The position numbers were made by a program, and so were the translations under genes. The notes below the pieces were generated by a model that saw only the letters and a list, made by a program, of their open reading frames with translations, was not told the origin of the DNA and did not search any database. This document shows, piece after piece, positions 47,181 to 63,456 of a stretch of 64,000 bases of DNA (positions are counted from its first letter, which is position 1; each line of letters starts with the position of its first letter). Source of the DNA: Candidatus Nomurabacteria bacterium (GTDB taxonomy: Bacteria > Patescibacteriota > Minisyncoccia > Phycocordibacterales > SBAW01); contig JADZGF010000005.1 in assembly GCA_020854065.1 (NCBI GenBank), positions 8,925 through 72,924 on the forward strand. The letters run 5' to 3'.

Positions 47181-48080
47181 ATGGCCAATAGGCATCTATC
47201 ACGCTCAGTAGTTCTCCAATCGCTCTTCGAGCGGGATGTGCGCCATTTGTCAGCCCCTGCAACCAAAGAAGCACTCGTGCGTATTGCCGGAGAGTTTGCT
47301 CCCGGTGGCTCTGACCTTTCTTTTATGGAAGGTTTGCTTGGTGGCATCATTGATCGAGAAAAAGATCTTGATCTCGTGATTGAAAAGGCTGCTCCGGAGT
47401 GGCCCATTGATCGGATTGCACCGGTTGATCGCAACGTGCTCCGTTTAGGTCTCTACGAACTTCTGTTTGCTGATCGTTCTGTGGTTCCGGCTAAGGTAGC
47501 AATCAACGAAGCGATTGAGCTTGCCAAGAGTTTTGGTGGCGATCATTCAGGTCGCTTTGTAAACGGTGTGTTGGGTGCAGTGTATAAAGAGCTGGGCGAA
47601 CCGGGTAAAGACGAGACGAGTAAGAAAAAGAAGGATGTTCCGTGGGAGGAGATGCCACAGGAGCGATTGGTGGGAGCGGTAGTCTATGCCCGCAACGGTG
47701 GTGAACTCTATCTCGCTCTGGTACACGATATCTTTGGCCATTGGACGCTCTCCAAGGGCAAGCTCGTTCCAGAGGAAACTCCCGAGGATGGCGTAGTCCG
47801 CAAGATTAAAGAGGAGATCGGACTTGATATTACGCCCATCGAACGTCTGGGAGAGAATGAGTATGTTGCCAGCGATCCCAAGGAGGGCAAAAAACGCAAA
47901 CATGTGATATTCTTCCTCGCCGAGAGTCCCTTTATGGAAGTGGCCTTGGCAAAGAAGGGTGGACTTGATGACGCCCGCTGGTTTAAGGTAAAAGACGCAA
48001 TTGACCTCAACTTTTATGAGGACATGCTTCCCATCGTTCAAAAAGGAGTCCAAAAACTCTCACAAACAATAAATACATAA
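47181..48080 (+). CDS. nusB: Transcription antitermination factor NusB fused to a C-terminal NUDIX-fold domain
   Basis: DRNVLRLG, VAINEAIELAK.FG, FVNGVLG; then KGK....E......RKIKEEIG. Confidence 0.9.
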   Translation: MANRHLSRSVVLQSLFERDVRHLSAPATKEALVRIAGEFAPGGSDLSFMEGLLGGIIDREKDLDLVIEKAAPEWPIDRIAPVDRNVLRLGLYELLFADRSVVPAKVAINEAIELAKSFGGDHSGRFVNGVLGAVYKELGEPGKDETSKKKKDVPWEEMPQERLVGAVVYARNGGELYLALVHDIFGHWTLSKGKLVPEETPEDGVVRKIKEEIGLDITPIERLGENEYVASDPKEGKKRKHVIFFLAESPFMEVALAKKGGLDDARWFKVKDAIDLNFYEDMLPIVQKGVQKLSQTINT

Positions 48081-48086
48081 AATACC

Positions 48087-48779
48087 GTGCCAAAAGATTT
48101 TTCTGCATTTGAGCGGGCAATAAATATTTCGTTTAACGAGGCTGAGCTTTTGTGTCAAGCGTTTACGCATCGCTCGTATCTCAACGAACACCGGGGCGAA
48201 GTACAAGGACACAACGAACGGTTGGAGTTTTTGGGGGATGCCGTACTTGAGTTGGTCATCACCCATTTTCTCTACAAACAGTTTCCTGAGAAGCCGGAAG
48301 GTGAACTAACGGCGTATCGCGCAGCATTGGTTAATGCCACGACGTGCGCAGAAGTTGCAAACGACATTGGTATGAACGAATATTTGCTCCTCTCTCGTGG
48401 TGAGGCGAAAGACACCGGTCGTGCACGCGGTGTACTTCTCGCGAATGCACTTGAAGCATTGGTTGGTGCAATCTATATCGATCAGGGCTACGAAGCTGCT
48501 GAACGTTTTATCAAAGAGCGTCTCGCTCCAAAACTCGACGATATTTTGAAGCAACGTTTGTGGCAGGATCCGAAGTCGGCTCTACAAGAGAAAGCACAAG
48601 AAGAGGAAGGAGTTACACCTTCATATGCCGTATTAAAGGAAGAGGGTCCAGACCACGACAAACAATTTACAGTTGGCGTCTATTTACGTGAAGAGCTTCT
48701 TGCGGAGGGTATTGGTCGCAGCAAGCAGGAGGCTGAGGCAGCGGCTGCAAAGGCAGCGCTCGGAGCGCGCGGGTGGTAA
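48087..48779 (+). CDS. rnc: Ribonuclease III
   Basis: NERLEFLGDAVL signature, dsRBD. Confidence 0.96.
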   Translation: MPKDFSAFERAINISFNEAELLCQAFTHRSYLNEHRGEVQGHNERLEFLGDAVLELVITHFLYKQFPEKPEGELTAYRAALVNATTCAEVANDIGMNEYLLLSRGEAKDTGRARGVLLANALEALVGAIYIDQGYEAAERFIKERLAPKLDDILKQRLWQDPKSALQEKAQEEEGVTPSYAVLKEEGPDHDKQFTVGVYLREELLAEGIGRSKQEAEAAAAKAALGARGW

Positions 48780-48788
48780 CATAGCAGC

Positions 48789-50918
48789 ATGCGTCTTCTT
48801 TCGATCGAGCTTTCAGGCTTTAAATCGTTTGCAAAAAAGACCACTCTCGAGTTTGGTTCTGCCATAACCTCGGTAGTGGGTCCCAATGGCTCCGGCAAAT
48901 CAAACGTTGCCGAGTCATTTCGTTTTGTCTTGGGCGAGCAGTCAATGAAATCAATGCGCGGCAAGCGCGGAGAGGACATGATTTGGAATGGTTCCGGATC
49001 TGTGCCACGCGCAGGTCGCGCGGGAGTGAAGCTTGTGTTTGATAACACTGACCGTGCACTGAATCTCGACTTTGATGAAGTAGCGATTGAGCGTGTTGTG
49101 CACCGGGACGGTAACAACGAATATCTCCTTAATGGTTCTCAGGTGCGTCTGCGCGACATTTCTGAGCTTCTTTCGCGTGCCAATATTGGCGCCTCGGGCC
49201 ACCATATTATTTCTCAGGGTGAAGCTGATCGTGCGCTTTCTGCTTCTTCACGAGAGCGCCGAGAAATGCTCGAAGATGCACTCGGCCTCACGACCTATTT
49301 GTATAAGCGCGAAGAGGCTGAGAAGAAACTGGAGAAGACTGCAGAGAACATGCGCGAGGTTGAATCTTTGCGTCGTGAACTCTCTCCGCATCTTAAGTTC
49401 TTAAACGCACAGGTTAAGAAGATTGAAGATGCACATGTGTTGCGCGAAGAACTCTTTGAGCGCTATACCGATTATCTTTCTCGCGAACATATTTATTTGC
49501 GTTTGGCACGTGCAGAACTTGGAGAGGGTAAAGAGCTTGAGGACGAACACACGACGCTCGATCACCGTATAACTCAGTTACGCAAAGAGCTTGAGAAGAA
49601 GCATGATGCAGGAAGTGATGAGTTGATGGCGCTTGAGCGTGAAGGTCGCGAGACTGCTCATGCACGTGAGGCCGCAGTTCGAGAATTAGGCGGTATTGAA
49701 GGCGAGCTACGCGCGCTTGAGCGCATGCAAGGTGATGGTCCTGCGCTTCCTGCGCGTGAAGCACGAGACTTTGCTGAATCCATCCTTAGCCTTGCGGAAG
49801 GTTCAAAGATTTCAGAACTTATTTCATTAGCCCGTTCTTTTATTCAAAAACTGTCCGTCTCGAGCGGTGTTCATTCACGTGCCGAGTTGCTTGAAAAGAA
49901 ACAAGTACTTGAGTCTCAATTGAAGGATCTTCAAGAAAAGGAAGAGCATGTTGCGGGGGAGGTGTCCGTGCTGCGCAAAAAGATAGAAGGGGAGAAGGAT
50001 GCGTCGCGCGAGGCTGAGCGTGAACTGTTTGCTGCAATGGCACGTCGCTCTGAATTGGAAGGTGCGCGTATGGCACTGCGTGCGCGTGAAGATGCGCTCA
50101 AGTTGGAAGAGGAGCGCTTTAAAGAAGAGTTGCGTGAAGCAGCAATCCTTCTTGAGCGAGTTCCCGACTATGAGCAAGAAACAATGTTTGAAGATGAGCC
50201 ACGCAGTGCGCAGGAAGAGCGTCGTCGCAAACTTGAGAGACAAAAGATCCGGCTTGAGGAGGCTGGGTTAGGAAACTCTGCTGAGATATTGAAAGAACAC
50301 CAAGAAACTACTGAGCGTGATCAGTTCCTTCTGCGAGAACTTGCAGATCTTGAGACAAGTGCACAATCGCTTCGCCTACTCATTGAGGACTTAACCGCAA
50401 CGCTTGAAGAGCGTTTTGTGGGAGGTGTTGAGAAGATTAATGCAGAGTTCGATGCGTTCTTTAAACTCATGTTTGGTGGGGGCTCAGCGTCACTGCAAGT
50501 GGTGAAAGAGACGAAGTTAAGACGCGGTGTGAGTGAAGAAGGAAGTGAGGATATGGATGTTGAGGAAGGTGTCGAAATTAGCGTTACGTTGCCGCATAAG
50601 CGTATCAAAGGACTCCATATGCTCTCGGGTGGTGAGCGTGCGCTTACTTCGATTGCGCTTATCTTTGCGATGAGTCAGGTCAACCCGCCTCCATTCCTTA
50701 TTCTCGATGAGACGGATGCAGCACTCGATGAAGCAAACTCTCGCCGCTATGGTGACATGATTGAAACGTTGGCGAAGAAGTCTCAGCTCATTTTGATCAC
50801 GCACAATCGTGAGACGATGTCTCGGGCAAGTGTCCTCTATGGTGTGACGATGGGATCTGATGGCGTTTCGAAGTTACTCTCCGTTAAGTTTGAAGAAGCG
50901 GTAGCGGTTGCAAAATAA
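48789..50918 (+). CDS. smc: SMC-family ATPase, short (709 aa), no recognisable hinge
   Basis: GFKSFA, GPNGSGKSN, SQG, LSGGE, LDETDAALD, ITH; lies downstream of rnc. Confidence 0.85.
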   Translation: MRLLSIELSGFKSFAKKTTLEFGSAITSVVGPNGSGKSNVAESFRFVLGEQSMKSMRGKRGEDMIWNGSGSVPRAGRAGVKLVFDNTDRALNLDFDEVAIERVVHRDGNNEYLLNGSQVRLRDISELLSRANIGASGHHIISQGEADRALSASSRERREMLEDALGLTTYLYKREEAEKKLEKTAENMREVESLRRELSPHLKFLNAQVKKIEDAHVLREELFERYTDYLSREHIYLRLARAELGEGKELEDEHTTLDHRITQLRKELEKKHDAGSDELMALEREGRETAHAREAAVRELGGIEGELRALERMQGDGPALPAREARDFAESILSLAEGSKISELISLARSFIQKLSVSSGVHSRAELLEKKQVLESQLKDLQEKEEHVAGEVSVLRKKIEGEKDASREAERELFAAMARRSELEGARMALRAREDALKLEEERFKEELREAAILLERVPDYEQETMFEDEPRSAQEERRRKLERQKIRLEEAGLGNSAEILKEHQETTERDQFLLRELADLETSAQSLRLLIEDLTATLEERFVGGVEKINAEFDAFFKLMFGGGSASLQVVKETKLRRGVSEEGSEDMDVEEGVEISVTLPHKRIKGLHMLSGGERALTSIALIFAMSQVNPPPFLILDETDAALDEANSRRYGDMIETLAKKSQLILITHNRETMSRASVLYGVTMGSDGVSKLLSVKFEEAVAVAK

Positions 50919-51109
50919 GCATGCTACAGTCGAATCAGCTGCACCATTGTTGTGTTGCAGCAGAACGCACGAGGTTCCAATGCTCCAGAACGCTGTCGCT
51001 CATAGTGCAACAACGGACAGGAGGACACGGCCCAAAGTTCTTTTTCTCATCGTCGCGCTTTCTCGCGAAAGGGGGTAGTCCCGCACTACGCATCCAGTTT
51101 TGATATTCA

Positions 51110-51141
51110 GAACGCCCGGCGAGTATGCCGGGCGTTTTCTT
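51110..51141 (+). terminator. Intrinsic terminator
   Basis: gaacgcccggc-gagtat-gccgggcgttttctt. Confidence 0.85.
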
Positions 51142-51213
51142 ATGCAGTTCTTATGCTTGCTTTTGTACTCCGGTTGGTGTTTAGTGAATGTGGCAAACAG
51201 GGGAGTTGTGCCA

Positions 51214-51366
51214 ATGGATACCTACAAACGGGAGATGGAACGGGTGTTCAGTAAGCAGGGTTCGACTTATCCCGAGCCCCGGGAAGATAAGAGAGACGAA
51301 GATGCTCGGTGGGTGGTCCGCTCTCAAGCGGCCCAAAAAGAAGCGGGCGAAGGTCCCTTAAGCTAG
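51214..51366 (+). CDS. 50-aa orphan small protein
   Basis: SD GGGGAG, MDTYKREMERVFSKQGSTYPEPREDKRDEDARWVVRSQAAQKEAGEGPLS. Confidence 0.45.
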   Translation: MDTYKREMERVFSKQGSTYPEPREDKRDEDARWVVRSQAAQKEAGEGPLS

Positions 51367-53301
51367 CTCGAAGTCGAGCTGCCGTGCCGAGAGATCGGCG
51401 TTCACTAGTTTTATACGCACTCGATCTCCGAGTGCGTATTTCTTTTTATTCCGCTGGCCCACAAGGGCATACTCTCTCTGAACGAAGTTATAGAAATCAT
51501 TTCCAATGGTTGAGACGCGTACCAATCCTTCTGCGGCACTCTCATCTTCCTCCACATAGAGACCCCACTCAGTTACACCACTGATGGTGCCCTCAAAGGT
51601 CTGGCCAATTTTAGGCAACATATACTCCACTTGTTTGTAGCGGATACTCTCACGCTCAGCATCTACCGCTTTAGCTTCAGCGGCGCTTGCTTCAAGGCAG
51701 AGTTTTTCTAGGTTGCTAAACTCGGTGCGGGTAATCGGTTTACCATCGAGATGGCTCTCCAAGATGCGGTGTGCCAACATGTCCGGATAGCGCCGAATAG
51801 GAGAGGTGAAGTGGGTGTAGTATTCAAAACTCAAACCAAAGTGACCAATATTTTTGGTGCTGTAAATTGCTTTGGCCATGCTGCGGAGCGTTGCGGTGCG
51901 AATGAGATGTTCTTCCGGCTTACCCTCAACTTGTTTAAGGAGTTTTTGAATATCCTTGGTCGAGTACTTCTTTTGTTTCTCACGTCCGAACTCATAGCCA
52001 ATAGCGCGTACGAACGTCGCTAACTCTTCAATGCGGTCAGCTTTTGGTTCGTCGTGGATTCGGTAGAGGAAGATGAGATTTTTCTCAGGAACCTTTTCCG
52101 CCAATTTAGATACATACAAGGATACCTCACGGTTGGCCAAGAGCATGAACTCCTCAATGAGCCAGTTTGTATCGATTCGCTTTTTGCGGATAACACGAAT
52201 CGGCTTGCCTTGTGCATCAAGTTCAAATCTGACCTCGTTATCACCAAAGTCGATAGCGCCTTCTTGGCTGCGTCGGGTACGCATCTCGGTTGCAATTGAA
52301 AGGAGAGTATTAAGCTCCTTGAGATACGGTCCATCTTGCGCATCCAATACTGCCTGCGCTGCTTCATAGCTAAAGCGCTTCTTTGAGCGGATCACGGTCT
52401 TTTCAAATTTCTTCTCAAGTACGTGGCCTTTGCTGTCGAGCGTAAAGAAGGCGGAGAAGGCGAGGCGGTCCTCATCAGGTTTGAGCGATGCAACGCCTGC
52501 TGATATCTCATGCGGGAGCATGGGGATCGTTGCGTCTACGAGATAGACGCTAGTGCCTCGTCTCTTTGCTTCATCATCAATTGCAGTGCCGGGACGGCAA
52601 TAGTAGCTTGCGTCTGCAATATGCACGCCCACCTCAAAGGTGCCGTTCTCGAGCGTGCGTACGTGGAGGGCATCGTCAAAGTCTTTGGCGTCCACCGGGT
52701 CGATCGTCATTATGTCGAGATCGCGGCAGTCGCGGCGTACCTGTAACTCTTTTTGAATAGTCTCAGCGTGAGCGGCCTCTATTCTTTGTGCTTCAAGTGC
52801 TACTTCAACCGGAAATGTGGTGGAGAAGCCGTGTTCGATAACAATGGCATTCATTTCGGCGCGATGTTCTCCTGCGCGACCGATAATGCCAACGAGGCTT
52901 CCATGCGCTTCGGTGCCATCAAAGCTCTCAAGTCGTATTAGTACTTTGTCGCCTTCGTTGGCTTGCAAGTCTTCAGCGTTAAGCGGTACGTGAATCGGTG
53001 CGTAAAACTTTTGATCAGCAGGTATTGCTTTCCCGCCTTTTATAGTTGCAACGAATTCAGTCTTGGCACGTGAGATGACTTGTACAATCTTGCCCTTGGG
53101 GCGAGGGAAGAGAGCGGTGAGTTCGACTGCTACCTCGTCGCCGTTTAGGGCGCCACGGAGATCCTCTTTACGGATTTCTATATCCTCTGTATGTTCCTCC
53201 CACGGTAAAAAGCCTCGACCCGAGCGGGTGAGTTGTAGAATGCCTACTATCTTCTTTTTCGGTACGTCCCCCTTCTTTGGGAGCTCTCTAGCACGGGACA
53301 T
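51358..53301 (-). CDS. rnr: Ribonuclease R
   Basis: TIDP.DAKDFDDA, HIAD, YTHFTSPIRRYPD, C-terminal S1. Confidence 0.94.
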   Translation of the reverse strand: MSRARELPKKGDVPKKKIVGILQLTRSGRGFLPWEEHTEDIEIRKEDLRGALNGDEVAVELTALFPRPKGKIVQVISRAKTEFVATIKGGKAIPADQKFYAPIHVPLNAEDLQANEGDKVLIRLESFDGTEAHGSLVGIIGRAGEHRAEMNAIVIEHGFSTTFPVEVALEAQRIEAAHAETIQKELQVRRDCRDLDIMTIDPVDAKDFDDALHVRTLENGTFEVGVHIADASYYCRPGTAIDDEAKRRGTSVYLVDATIPMLPHEISAGVASLKPDEDRLAFSAFFTLDSKGHVLEKKFEKTVIRSKKRFSYEAAQAVLDAQDGPYLKELNTLLSIATEMRTRRSQEGAIDFGDNEVRFELDAQGKPIRVIRKKRIDTNWLIEEFMLLANREVSLYVSKLAEKVPEKNLIFLYRIHDEPKADRIEELATFVRAIGYEFGREKQKKYSTKDIQKLLKQVEGKPEEHLIRTATLRSMAKAIYSTKNIGHFGLSFEYYTHFTSPIRRYPDMLAHRILESHLDGKPITRTEFSNLEKLCLEASAAEAKAVDAERESIRYKQVEYMLPKIGQTFEGTISGVTEWGLYVEEDESAAEGLVRVSTIGNDFYNFVQREYALVGQRNKKKYALGDRVRIKLVNADLSARQLDFELA

Positions 53302-53387
53302 TAGTGGCGCCACTATAGCACGGTTGACCCGTCCTGGCTAATCTGGTAGGGTAGAGCCAACCCCGGACGGGGTCATTTTTTCGAAAC

Positions 53388-53825
53388 ATGCTAACTATTC
53401 GTCTCACCCGCGTCGGCAAAAAGAAAGACAGCTCTTTCCGCGTGGTTGTCGTAGACAGCAAACGGAAGGTTCAGGCAGGCAACTACCTTGAGATGGTGGG
53501 GTCATATGACCCGCGCGTTGATACGGTGTCGCTTAATGCCGAGCGTATCAAGCATTGGATTTCCAATGGTGCGCAGCCTTCGGACACCGTCCACAATCTC
53601 CTCGTATCTCAAAAGGTCATTGATGGAAAGAAGAGAAACGTTCTTCCTAAGAAGACAGTCGCAAAAGTTGAGGAGCCTGCTCCTGCAGCTGAGGCAGTAG
53701 CGCCGGTTGTTGCGGAAGCAGAGGAAACTCCTGCTGAAACTCCTGTCGTTGCTGATGCCCCTGTGGCAGATGCTCCTGCAAGTGCTGACGCTGGTGCTTC
53801 GGGCGGCGATGGTGCAAGTGCATAA
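53388..53825 (+). CDS. rpsP: 30S ribosomal protein S16 with Ala/Glu/Pro-rich extension
   Basis: IRLTRVG, G.YDP, GAQPSDTV. Confidence 0.96.
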   Translation: MLTIRLTRVGKKKDSSFRVVVVDSKRKVQAGNYLEMVGSYDPRVDTVSLNAERIKHWISNGAQPSDTVHNLLVSQKVIDGKKRNVLPKKTVAKVEEPAPAAEAVAPVVAEAEETPAETPVVADAPVADAPASADAGASGGDGASA

Positions 53826-53886
53826 GTGACTTCCGCAGATTTTTTTCACGGTACACTACAGGTAGTTATCAACTAAATATCCCGCT

Positions 53887-54243
53887 ATGGCAGAAAGAGA
53901 TCAGGAATTTCTAGAGTTTGTTGTTAAAGGTTTGGTTGAACATCCGGAAGATGTAAAGATTGTACGTGTAGTGGATGAGATGGGAGTCCTTTTGACCCTC
54001 GATCTTAATGCCGAGGACATGGGTAAGGTTATCGGCCGCTCAGGTAATACTGCGAAGGCCATCCGCACTCTTCTTCGCGTCGTTGGCATGAAGCACAATG
54101 CGCGCGTTAACCTCAAAATTAACGAACCTGAAGGTGGTATGCGCGGAAGTGCAAACACCGGTTGGGACGGGACGCACGAAGCACCAGCTACTCTTCAAAT
54201 GAAGTCAGTCGATGAGGCCATGGAGGACCTCTCCAAGTTTTAA
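53887..54243 (+). CDS. khpA: KH-domain RNA-binding protein (UPF0109/KhpA)
   Basis: DMGKVIGRSG.TA.AIRTLL; follows rpsP. Confidence 0.9.
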   Translation: MAERDQEFLEFVVKGLVEHPEDVKIVRVVDEMGVLLTLDLNAEDMGKVIGRSGNTAKAIRTLLRVVGMKHNARVNLKINEPEGGMRGSANTGWDGTHEAPATLQMKSVDEAMEDLSKF

Positions 54244-54255
54244 CTGAAAGAATAA

Positions 54256-54275
54256 GGCCCCCTGAAAAGGGGGCC
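54256..54275. terminator. Terminator hairpin between convergent genes
   Basis: ggccccct-gaaa-agggggcc. Confidence 0.75.
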
Positions 54276-54290
54276 GATTTCGTTCTTGGG

Positions 54291-54473
54291 CTATTTCTTT
54301 TTCTTTTTTGCGCGAGCGTCTTTGCCGTTCGCAAGGAGCTTGAGTCCCGCGATGATCCATCGACGCCCTCGGCTACTGATCGTGGCAGCAGGGGCACGGT
54401 CACCACTAGGGACCTCGATCACGGCGTTTTTGAGAGCCGCGGCCAGAGCCAAGATATCCTCACGCTGCTTCAT
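54291..54473 (-). CDS. 60-aa basic orphan small protein
   Basis: SD AGGAGG, MKQREDILALAAALKNAV...AKKKKK. Confidence 0.55.
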   Translation of the reverse strand: MKQREDILALAAALKNAVIEVPSGDRAPAATISSRGRRWIIAGLKLLANGKDARAKKKKK

Positions 54474-54571
54474 ACGTTCCTCCTGAGCTGTTCTGGCACA
54501 GTTGTACTCATTTTTGTAATCAAACACAAGCGCAGCTTTTGTTTTTGAGGCTTTCACGCTAGTCTAACTGT

Positions 54572-55006
54572 ATGGAAAAGGGTCTTATTCGAATTTCAGT
54601 AATAGCAATTTGTCACGACGGCAAAGGTAAATATCTGTTGGGTAGACGATCAATGTCTTGTCGCGATGAGCAGGGGAAATGGGATCCAGTTGCAGGTGGT
54701 GGACTCAAATTTGGTGAGAGTATTGAGGATGCTGCTCGCCGAGAGATAAAAGAGGAAGGTTGTGCTGATGTTGAGGAACTTGAGTTCATGGGGTATCGAG
54801 ATGTTTTTCGTGAACAGGATGGCCAGCAAACACACTGGGTTGCTTTTGATTTCCGCGCTAAGATCGACCCTGCCCAGGCAAAAATAGGTGAGCCTCATAA
54901 ATGTGATGAGCAGCGCTGGGTCTCCATTGCTGAGTTAGAAGTAATGGACAACCTGCACTCTCAATTTCCAGCTTTCATCGAAAAATATCGTGAAAAATTA
55001 ATATGA
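54572..55006 (+). CDS. NUDIX hydrolase
   Basis: GG....GE....AARREIKEE box. Confidence 0.9.
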   Translation: MEKGLIRISVIAICHDGKGKYLLGRRSMSCRDEQGKWDPVAGGGLKFGESIEDAARREIKEEGCADVEELEFMGYRDVFREQDGQQTHWVAFDFRAKIDPAQAKIGEPHKCDEQRWVSIAELEVMDNLHSQFPAFIEKYREKLI

Positions 55007-55650
55007 CATTTCATGTCGTCACCCTATTTCCTGAAGTTATTGAAAGCTACGCACAGGCGTCGATCGTAGGTCGTGCCCAAAAAGCAAAACTTCTGAAAGT
55101 AAAAACATATCAGTTGCGCGATACGGCAGGTAATAAATGGGGAAAAGTTGATGAGCGTCCCTATGGTGGGGGTCCCGGCATGGTGTTGCGCGCTGAGCCA
55201 GTTATCAAGGCGGTGCAGAAGATTGCGAAAGGCAAAAAGGTAAAAGTCATTATCACCTCTGCCGGGGGGAAACCCTTGACCAATGCATACGCCAAAGCGC
55301 TCACCAAACACAAAGATGTCGTTATTGTCTGCGGTCGCTACGAAGGAATCGATGCCCGGGCCAAGGCAGCATTGAAAGCCGAAGAAGTCTCCGTGGGTCC
55401 ATATATATTGACTGGAGGTGAACTTCCAGCCCTTTCTATCATCGATGCCACTGCACGACAGGTAAAAGGAGTGTTGGGGAAGTTCGAGAGTCTTGAAGAA
55501 GGTCGGGTTGCCTCCCACGACGTATACACCCGTCCCGAAGTACTCACTGTTAAAACAAAGTCATACCGCGTACCGAAGGTTCTGCTCTCTGGTCACCATG
55601 CCAAAAAGGATGAGTGGAAGGGGAAGCGCCGCAGCAATCCGGGTGCATAA
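55003..55650 (+). CDS. trmD: tRNA (guanine-N1)-methyltransferase
   Basis: TLFP, PYGGGPGMV, CGRYEGID.R, LTGGELP. Confidence 0.95.
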   Translation: MTFHVVTLFPEVIESYAQASIVGRAQKAKLLKVKTYQLRDTAGNKWGKVDERPYGGGPGMVLRAEPVIKAVQKIAKGKKVKVIITSAGGKPLTNAYAKALTKHKDVVIVCGRYEGIDARAKAALKAEEVSVGPYILTGGELPALSIIDATARQVKGVLGKFESLEEGRVASHDVYTRPEVLTVKTKSYRVPKVLLSGHHAKKDEWKGKRRSNPGA

Positions 55651-55720
55651 CCACTGTTGTCTTAACGCTCTAAATACGGTATCTTCATCGGTGGTAATTC
55701 TGACGTAGGGAGGTTACGGT

Positions 55721-55876
55721 ATGCCCCAACAGGAGCATGGCACGCAAGGTGAAATCCCCACCGGTTGGAAGAAGGATCTCAGTCTCAAGTACATTTTTGC
55801 CCATCCCATCGTCCCCCGCGACACCCCTCCGCCTCGGCGGCCCGGCACGGTGCCGTTTATCAAGACCGAGGAGTGA
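55721..55876 (+). CDS. 51-aa Pro-rich orphan small protein (not in the ORF track)
   Basis: SD GGGAGG, MPQQEHGTQGEIPTGWKKDLSLKYIFAHPIVPRDTPPPRRPGTVPFIKTEE; then hairpin atggccgccct/agggcggccat at 55886..55911. Confidence 0.5.
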   Translation: MPQQEHGTQGEIPTGWKKDLSLKYIFAHPIVPRDTPPPRRPGTVPFIKTEE

Positions 55877-56195
55877 ACTCCTCCATGGCCGCCCTCATCA
55901 GGGCGGCCATTACTGTTCAAGGCTAAAACCCACGGGGAAGAGCAGTTTGACAACCCTCTGGGGCCGAGTATACTCACTATTGAAACCAACAGGGCTGCGA
56001 TTGTGTATCGAGGAGGGGGTTTCGATACAAATAGAGTGCTAAGGATTTTATCCTAAAGCTTCATATAAGAAGCGAGCGGGAGCGTTACGCGCGCCCGAAA
56101 TTTTCGTGTATTAGGACTGTGCATAACGTTCTTGCGTTTAAGGTCAAAAATTAGTAGCCGCAATTTATCACTAAGCCGCTTCACGAAATTGTCAT

Positions 56196-63044
<6,849 letters not shown>

Positions 63045-63052
63045 TAGAAAAG

Positions 63053-63087
63053 AAAAAACACCGGCCCAGAAATGGGTCGGTGTTTTT
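63053..63087. terminator. Bidirectional intrinsic terminator after rpoBC
   Basis: aaaaaacaccggccca-gaaa-tgggtcggtgttttt. Confidence 0.85.
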
Positions 63088-63094
63088 GAACAAG

Positions 63095-63382
63095 TCAGAG
63101 AGGATCAAATTTCTCAAGCCCCATGTTTTTGAGCGCGATTGATGTTGCTTTCGCGCCAAACGCTACGCGGCTTTGAAGTATGCCTTCCCGGACCGCTTTC
63201 TCGACGACGGGCCAGGGATGGTTGGTGGGGTAGAGGAGCAGTTCCTTGGTCGCATCCGCAAGCCGCTCGCGGATGACGCGATACGCTTCGCCTGGTGCCT
63301 GCGATTCTCGCAGCTTTCTGATTTCGTCGAGAGAGGAGAGTCCTCTCGTTGTGATTGGATGTCTGCGTCGAACAGGTCTCAC
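63095..63382 (-). CDS. Orphan basic protein (~95 aa)
   Basis: SD AAGGAGG then GTG; TTGACA at 63438..63433 upstream. Confidence 0.55.
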   Translation of the reverse strand: MRPVRRRHPITTRGLSSLDEIRKLRESQAPGEAYRVIRERLADATKELLLYPTNHPWPVVEKAVREGILQSRVAFGAKATSIALKNMGLEKFDPL

Positions 63383-63456
63383 GGTGCCCTCCTTGTGAAC
63401 GCCAATAGTATTCTCCATATAATTCATAATTATGTCAAGTGTTATACTATAGCTCT

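Noticed and set aside
55737-56042. 101-aa ORF from the ORF track
   Set aside because: It runs through a terminator-like hairpin and has low-information composition; the 55721..55876 frame ends just before the hairpin and fits better.
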